DNA from: Eledone cirrhosa
Taxonomy: Eukaryota
Length of the DNA: 64,000 nt
Direction of reading: 5' to 3'
Assembly (NCBI GenBank): GCA_964016885.1
Contig: OZ024740.1
Coordinates: 189,534,001-189,598,000 of the forward strand
Below, in pieces: positions 55,965 to 64,000 of this stretch (positions are counted from its first letter, which is position 1; each line of letters opens with the position of its first letter). Under the pieces are notes generated by a model that did not search any database, was not told the origin of the DNA, and saw only the letters and a program-made list of their open reading frames with translations. The position numbers were made by a program, and so were the translations under genes.

Positions 55965-58900
55965 CGATATTAAACAAATGGAAACTATATTTATAAAACC
56001 ATATTTATTTCATTATACAAATTTCAGGGATACCATATTAAAAATATGGCATGCCTTCTTCAGATAAAATATAATATATAAGCAGTTTTATAAATAAATT
56101 TGACGTACAATAAAATATTGATCAACTTCCATTTAAAAAAGTTGGTTTGGTAGTGAAATGTTTGTAAATATTAAGCACAGTTAGAAAGAAAGACGGAGAG
56201 AAGGGATAAATGTATGTAATGAAAAACAGAGAGTTATAAATAGAGATATGGGAGAGAGAAATAGTGAGGAGGTGAAACAATGAGAGGCAGCTGAGGTAAC
56301 AGATGAATAATAATAATCATCATACAAATTGAGAGATTTAGGAGGGAGGGAGTACTGTAATTATTTATTTATTTATTTAGTTATAGTGTTAAGGAGACGG
56401 AGAGAAATAAAAAAATAACTAAAGAGAAAACAGCGATACTTAAATTACATCATATATAGAGGGAGGAGAAGAAAGCTATATCTAGAGAGAAGGATGACAG
56501 ATTTACAACTTTACGTTATGTCCTATCAATTTGAATTATCAATTCATATGAATTGGGTATTATACCTTAAATATCAATATTCATGAATGAGACATAGATA
56601 TATAATGTGTGAAAAATAATGACCATATGTTTAGTTTAAAAATTCTTAGGTCGATATACCAAAACCTGAGATAAAACTTCAAAAATACATAAGTATATAT
56701 GTACTTACCGGAAAAAAGAAAGAAAGAGAAAAAGAGAAGGTCATCTCAAGTTCTAGTTGACACTATAGATATACACGTGAACATACGTGATCAACTCTGT
56801 AATTTCTTATTTCACATGAAAACATTTTCCTTTGCGTTATAAAAGATTTTACTATATATATACATACATACACATACATACAAATATATATCAATATTAA
56901 TATTCCTGCCCTCACATACATGATTATCGTTCATGTATAGAATAGACAACAGATATCAATATATCAAAACGCTAAGAAAATTTTCATCACTCCCTAGAGT
57001 GTCTAGGGCCTTAAAAAACACAGTATGCCCCCCATATCAACCACAGAAATCATCCCTTCCAATTTATCTGACAATATATTGCCAAGTTCATTAGAAGCAA
57101 TCAGAATCAAGAGCAAACAAAAAACCAAAATTATTCAACAAGACTTATTTAGCAGAAATCATTTAAAAGATTTAGGAGACCCTGTTGTTCTACAGATGCT
57201 CTTATATTTAGTATAGAAGTTTATCTAGCGTAAAATTTATTCAATAGATTGGGAGCATCAACATTTTAGGGTAGTTTAATTACATCATTAGTATATATTT
57301 ATGAAGAAGGTTTAAAAAAGAAAAAGTTGAAGGAATCGAAAGATTTATCGTCAGGTTTCATAATTAATTTAATAAATATCTTAACTAAATATACTACATT
57401 TTAAATTTATATTTATATTTAAACGTTGAGTTCAATCTATGTCTGCAGCAACTGAATAAATTGGTCCTTAGATTAAGGGAATTTTTAGATTTTAATATAA
57501 AGAATATCTCCTCCACGCAGAGGTCACATGTCTCAGATGAGGAATTAAAAGGAATCCCTCTTGAGACTATATTCCAAAACAACGAATATCCAACGTTATC
57601 ATGTTTAAGTTGCCAGAGTAAGCCTGATAGTGAAGTTGAAGATTTTTTGCCTGGATCTGTGAAAGAATTCTTATGATTATTATAGTGAAGTTTAAATTCT
57701 GTCGAGGTGGAACCAACATAGTTAAAAGAATTTAAGTCAGTTTTAATATTACAATTGTATATTATATTTTTAACTAAGCAATTGTTATTTAACGGACATT
57801 TAGATTTATTTCTACAGTTACAGTTGTTTAATTGAATATTGTTTAGGCTATTATCGGTATTTTGGCTAGGTTTTAGATTCCTATTATTTATTCTGTTAAT
57901 ATTTTATGCTAAGTTTTTGGTGGACGAGTAAGTTAATTTTATAGTATGTCTATTAAAAATTGAGTGATATTTATGTGTTCTAGGGAAGCGTTTGTCAAGA
58001 GCATTAAAAAATAGTTTAGCAATGTGGGTTTTAATATTTAGTGAGAAAGGGGGGGGGGGGCAAACCATATTATATTTCTAGTTCTATTTCTTTTCTGGCT
58101 TTTGGAATTATTGTAATGTTTTCTATTATAGTTGTTAAATTTATTACCGTAATTAAAATTGTTGTTATATTGGTTAGTTTGCCTATTATTATCGATGTAC
58201 ATAATTTTATCACTATATCCTGCTCTAGCTAACGCTTCATTGTAATACTGCGCTTTTTCGTCGGAAATATTTTTATTAGATGAAATTCTTGAGATACGTT
58301 CTTGAACAGAGTTCACTATAGTATTTTTAACAGATCTGGGGGTGATTAGAGTTAAAACTGACATAATTCAAGTTTTCATTTAGTTTGTGAAATGGATAGT
58401 GAAGACATGTGTTGAGATTTAGTGTTACATCTAGGAAATTGACTATTCTATGGTTATTCTCTATTTCTATTTTTAGATTAAGGTAATTAAAACATTGTAT
58501 AATGTGTTTTCTTTTTCTATTTAGTTCAGAGTTATTATTTTCAATAAGTAAAAGCATGTCAACACGATATAATCCTCCGGTTACACCAGGAATTTTTCTA
58601 TGCAGCGAATTAATTATAAAGGTCCGTTACCTAAGCTGAGTCAGATGATCCCATAGTAATGTCGAAATTATTATCTCTATCTGCCCTAGTCCATAGTTGG
58701 TTATTAAATTCTATCAATGTTTTCCTTGCCGATAATATAATGTGCATTTCATTGCTAGTTAGGTCTGTATGTTTGAATGCGTAATTTAGTGCCTTATTTA
58801 GTAGATTAGGGGTAATAGATAAATAGTAGTTAGCAATATCTAGTTGAATAAATTTATTATTATTGTTATATTTAATTTCTTTAAACCACTCAATAACCTC

Positions 58901-59252
58901 ACCAGTTCCCTTCCACAAGTTTAAGTTAGGTAAACCATGTAAGTTTTTAACTTGTTGTATCACCCTGTCTAGAATGTTTTTGCTAAGTTTACCCAGGTCA
59001 GATTTTGATGGTGCAATCAATCTGACTGGCAAATCATTTTCAAAATTTCTTTTGTGATCTTTCATATTGATCTTGGGTTTCCTAGGCAAGAAGGGTTGTG
59101 TTTTGTTCTCAATTTCCAACTCATGCATTATACAAGATGCCTCAACATTCATTTTCTCCAGTTCATCCTTATCTGCCACTTTGTACTTTTTCCTTAGTTC
59201 TTTCAGTATAAGGCCATTATACATGTCTTTTTGCACTCTTTTTGCATATATA
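55965..59252 (-). mobile_element. Naiad-like PLE copy D (diverged subfamily), 5'-truncated; frameshifted ORF 57394-59250
   Basis: [52 protein letters not shown]. Confidence 0.9.
56006..56071 (-). ncRNA. Type I hammerhead ribozyme (CUGAAGA)
   Basis: Reverse complement: TATTTTAT-CTGAAGA-AGG..GCCATATT/AATATGGT..CCT-GAAA-TTTGTA-TA-ATGAAATA. Confidence 0.8.
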
Positions 59253-59255
59253 AGT

Positions 59256-59286
<31 letters not shown>

Positions 59287-59409
59287 CGTATATATATATA
59301 AGTATATATATATATATATATATATATAAGTATATATATACATATATATATAAGTATATATATACATAAGTATATATATATATATATATATAAATATATA
59401 TATACATAA

Positions 59410-59444
<35 letters not shown>

Positions 59445-59723
59445 TATATATATATAAATAAGTATATATATATATATATATATATATATAAGTATATATA
59501 TATAAATAAGTATATATATATATATATATATATAAGTATATATATATATATATATATATATAAGTATATATATATATATATATAAGTATATATATATATA
59601 TATATAAGTATATATATATATATAAGTATATATATATATATATAAGTATATATATATATATAAGTATATATATATATATATAAGTATATATATATATATA
59701 TAAGTATATATATATATATAAGT

Positions 59724-59758
<35 letters not shown>

Positions 59759-59795
59759 TATATATATATATATAAATATATATATATATAAGTAT

Positions 59796-59844
<49 letters not shown>

Positions 59845-59851
59845 AGTATAT

Positions 59852-59904
<53 letters not shown>

Positions 59905-60194
59905 AATATATATAAGTATATATATATAAGTATATATATATAAATATATAAGTATATATATATAAATATATAAGTATATATATTTATAAGTATATATATA
60001 TAAATATATAAGTATATATATTTATAAGTATATATATATAAATATATAAGTATATATATGTATAAGTATATATATATAAATATATAAGTATATATATTTA
60101 TAAGTATATATATATAAATATATAAGTATATATATAAGTATATATATATAAATATATAAGTATATATATATATATATAGGTATATATATATAAG

Positions 60195-60234
<40 letters not shown>

Positions 60235-60235
60235 A

Positions 60236-60284
<49 letters not shown>

Positions 60285-60303
60285 AGTATATATATATATA
60301 TAA

Positions 60304-60346
<43 letters not shown>

Positions 60347-60857
60347 TATATATATATATATATATAATTATTTTGAACAGCAAATTTGAACGTTCTCTAT
60401 ACTGTAACCATCGTTTGAAAACGACTTTTTCTTTTTAAATGCATATAATGTTACCTTTTTACACCACCGTTTGCAAATATCTGTTTTACATGTTTATACA
60501 CAAGATATGGCTTTCTATAATAATGGTACTAAACACTGTTTTCTGGACCCCTTTAGAAATAAACTGCTACTATAATACCCCCAATAACTTGTCTGTGATC
60601 TGTACCACTTTGACCCCTTTAACTAAATTTTGTCCGAACAACACCACTAGAAGAATTTACTTCCCCCGCCAACCCTAACACGCCTCATTAAGCTAACTGC
60701 TGCCAAAACATTCTCTCCTTACAATCTCTACTAGTCTGACAGTCTTAAATCCTAGGACTCTCTCCACCTTAGTCACTTCCCTCTTCCCCTTCTCTTCCTA
60801 CCTCCTTCTTTCTCTTTTATCTAGTGTATACAATATTTTCATATCATTCCAATACAA

Positions 60858-60974
60858 AGGTCTGACGACATGGTGTGTTTGCTTACAGTGTACCTTCGGT
60901 TTATGATACTATTTTTATATTATTCAAATAGCGAGGTATAGGTAACCCATATACTATAGAAACAATTGTTACCT
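60858..60974 (+). ncRNA. Hammerhead ribozyme with a ~90-nt stem II
   Basis: AGGT-CTGACGA-(ATGGTGTG/TATACTAT; TACCT.CG/CGAGGTA)-GAAA-CAATTG-TT-ACCT. Confidence 0.7.
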
Positions 60975-61096
60975 AATAAATTCTGTATACCCGCATTTCC
61001 ATTTCATAAATTTCTTCTCCATATATATAAGTATATATATATATATATAAGTATATATATACATATATATATAAGTATATATATATATATATATAA

Positions 61097-61153
<57 letters not shown>

Positions 61154-61196
61154 TATATATATATATATATATAAGTATATATATATATATATTCAT

Positions 61197-62171
61197 ATGA
61201 ATGAAAACTTAAACTATGTCAACTTTAACTCTAACCACCCCAGATCTGTCAAAAACACTATAGTAAACTCTGTTCAAAAACGTATCTCTAGGATCTCGTC
61301 GAATAGAAAGATTTTCGACGAAAAAGCCCAATACTACAATGAAGCATTAGCTAGAGCAGGATATGCTGATAAGATTGTGTACATAGATAATGATAGACAA
61401 ACTAAACAAAATAACAACTATTTTAATTACGGCCACAACCTTAACAACTATAATAGAAAGCATTACAATAATTTCAAAGGCCAAAAAAGAAATAGAACTA
61501 GGAACATAATTTGGTTTGCCCCCCCTTTCTCACTAAACATTAAAACCCACATCGCTAAACTATTTTTTAAAGCTCTTGATAATGGCTTCCCTAGAACACA
61601 TAGGTATCACTCAATTTTCAATAGACATACAATAAAATTAACCTACTCATCCACCAAAAATTTAGCACAAAATATTAATAGAATAAATAATAGGAACTTA
61701 AAACCTACTGATAATAGCATAAATAATATACAAGTTAACAAATGTAACTGTAGAGATAGATCTAAATGTCCGTTAAATAACAACTGCTTAGTTAAAAATA
61801 TAGTATACAATTGTAATGTTAATACTGACTCTAATTCTTTTAACTACGTCGGTTCCACATCGACGGAATTTAAACTTCGCTATAATAACCACAAGAATTC
61901 TTTCACAGATCCAAGCAAAAAATCTTCCACGGCACTATCAGGCGTACTCTGGCAACTTAAGCTAGATAACGTTAGATATTCGACGTCTTGGAATATAGTC
62001 TCAAGAGGGATTCCTTTTAATTCATCCTCTGAGACATGTGACCTCTGCGCAGAGGAGATATTCTTTATACTAAAATCTAAAAATTCCCTTAATCTATGGA
62101 CAAATTTATTCAGTTGCTGCAAACATAGATTAAACTCAACGTTTAAATATAAATTTAAATTTAAAATGTAG
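61197..62171 (+). CDS. Uninterrupted 324-aa PLE thumb plus GIY-YIG endonuclease fragment (no RT core)
   Basis: [37 protein letters not shown]; expression unknown; the track's upstream extension is satellite. Confidence 0.6.
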   Translation: MNENLNYVNFNSNHPRSVKNTIVNSVQKRISRISSNRKIFDEKAQYYNEALARAGYADKIVYIDNDRQTKQNNNYFNYGHNLNNYNRKHYNNFKGQKRNRTRNIIWFAPPFSLNIKTHIAKLFFKALDNGFPRTHRYHSIFNRHTIKLTYSSTKNLAQNINRINNRNLKPTDNSINNIQVNKCNCRDRSKCPLNNNCLVKNIVYNCNVNTDSNSFNYVGSTSTEFKLRYNNHKNSFTDPSKKSSTALSGVLWQLKLDNVRYSTSWNIVSRGIPFNSSSETCDLCAEEIFFILKSKNSLNLWTNLFSCCKHRLNSTFKYKFKFKM

Positions 62172-63214
62172 TATATTTAGTTTGATTTATAATTATATGG
62201 GAAACTAGCCGATAAATCTTTGATTCCTTCTTTTTATTCTTTTTATTTTTATTTTATTTTTATTTAAACATTCTTCATGAAAAATTAAGCTACCCTAAAA
62301 GTTGATGCTTCAAATATTTCGAATAAACGTTACACTAGATAAACTTCTATATTAAATATAAGAACACATGTAGACCAAATGGGCATCCTAAACTTTTGAA
62401 ATGATCTTTGCTAGATGCGATTTGATAGATAATTTTTGGCTTTATCTGTTTTTCGACTCTGATGCTTATAATGAACTTGGCAATATATTGTCAATTAATT
62501 TTGAAGGGTTGATCTTTGTGGTTTATTTTTATTTTCATTTTTATTATTGTAGTATTTTTCTAATATTTTTATTTTTAATATTTTTAATATGTAAATTTTT
62601 TAATATGTAATATTTTTAATATGTAATATTCTTTCGTAATATTTTTTAGTTTTCTATTTTATTATTACTTAATATTATTATTGTTATTTTTTAGTTTTGT
62701 TTCTGATATATATTTTTATTAGTATATTGAAATCTTCTCTCTATTTCTGCTTGATAGATAATCTTGTAGAGTAAAGACAGGAATAGTAATATTGACTCTA
62801 TATATATTTGTGTGTATATATATACACATATATGTATACTTAAATTTTTATACCACAATGAGAATGTTTTCCGTGAACTTAGGGTTTGCAGAGTTGATCA
62901 TGTAAATTCACATAGATGTTTGTAGTTATCACATAAACATATGAATTTTTTTAAAAAACTAAACATAAGATCATTAATGTTCACACATTATGGATACATG
63001 TCTCATTCAGGAATACTGATATGTACAATATAGTGGCTGGTTTTTATAAATACTAATACCTCTACATTAAAACATAGGGTTTTTTACGCCTCGCCTATGT
63101 CTGGTTATTTTTAAATTTTTTCTCTCTCTATATTTTTTCTCTCTCTATATTTTTTCTCTCTCTATATAACAGCTGGTTTCTCTCCATATATCTCCCTTAC
63201 ATTAATACTAGAGC

Positions 63215-63249
<35 letters not shown>

Positions 63250-63585
63250 ATGTATCATTGATACGTTTACCCAACAGACGTCCCACTACCTAGTTTTCTA
63301 TATATATGTATCTATCTCTATTTCCTCTCTCTCTCTATATATATATATCTCTCTCTGTTTCTTTACATGAAGTTCTTCTCTTTATCTATCTTTCCATCTC
63401 TCTATTTTGTTCCATGCATTTCTTCTTTTTCTTCTTTTTCTTCGTTTTCTGTCTTTCTTTCCATTTTTTTCTCTCTTTCTTTCTCTCTGTGTACAATTTT
63501 TTCACTGCCAAATCAACCTTTTCAAATACAAGTCGATGTTGTTACGGTATGTCGAATCTATTTATCTATAAAACTGTTTATATTG

Positions 63586-63651
63586 TATTTTGTCTGAGGA
63601 ATGCATAGCATATTGTTAATATGATATCCCTGAAATATATATAATGAAATA
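63586..63651 (+). ncRNA. Type I hammerhead ribozyme (CUGAGGA)
   Basis: TATTTTGT-CTGAGGA-..CATATT/AATATG..-GAAA-TATATA-TA-ATGAAATA. Confidence 0.8.
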
Positions 63652-63697
63652 AATATGGTTTTATAAATATAGTTTCTATTTATTTAATATTGTATAA

Positions 63698-63734
<37 letters not shown>

Positions 63735-63833
63735 TATATACATATATAAGTATATATATATATATATAGATAGATATATACATATATAAGTATATATATA
63801 TATATATATATATATAGATATATACATATATAA

Positions 63834-63901
<68 letters not shown>

Positions 63902-64000
63902 CGAAGGAAATGTGGTAAGGAACCATGTGGACCATAACGCACCAAAGTACTCAATACTTGAGGTAGTAGAGTGGGTAATAGGAACCAGTAAGACCCCGAC

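Larger units (their letters stand above)
61191..63692 (+). mobile_element. Naiad-like PLE copy E, 5'-truncated
   Basis: Thumb plus GIY-YIG ORF, a 1.5-kb 3' region and a terminal HHR; satellite on both sides. Confidence 0.92.

Noticed and set aside
60966-61196. N-terminal 77 aa of the 401-aa track ORF
   Set aside because: Read-through of an unrelated tail and satellite; the homologous part starts at 61197

Overview
AT-rich animal genomic DNA, probably cephalopod/octopus-like (inferred from repeat style, not verified). I found no host gene, and most ORF-track entries are translated (TA)n/(CA)n/(GA)n microsatellites. The window is dominated by Penelope-like retroelements (PLEs: RT plus GIY-YIG endonuclease) of Naiad-like and Neptune-like types, plus one CR1-like LINE fragment and tRNA-SINE pieces. 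Most PLE pieces sit in (TA)n tracts. Reading both strands by eye gave about 30 type-I hammerhead ribozyme (HHR) motifs from at least a dozen sequence families, including C3:G8->U3:A8 core variants, a very long stem II, and a tandem ~270-315 nt non-coding monomer resembling a retrozyme. About ten insertions are fold-backs (inverted arms from ~55 bp to 2.3 kb) with ribozymes pointing outward. From 39.7 to 64 kb, four copies of one Naiad family plus two other HHR units are nested in an AG-interrupted (TA)n satellite. All folds are by-eye predictions and boundaries are approximate.
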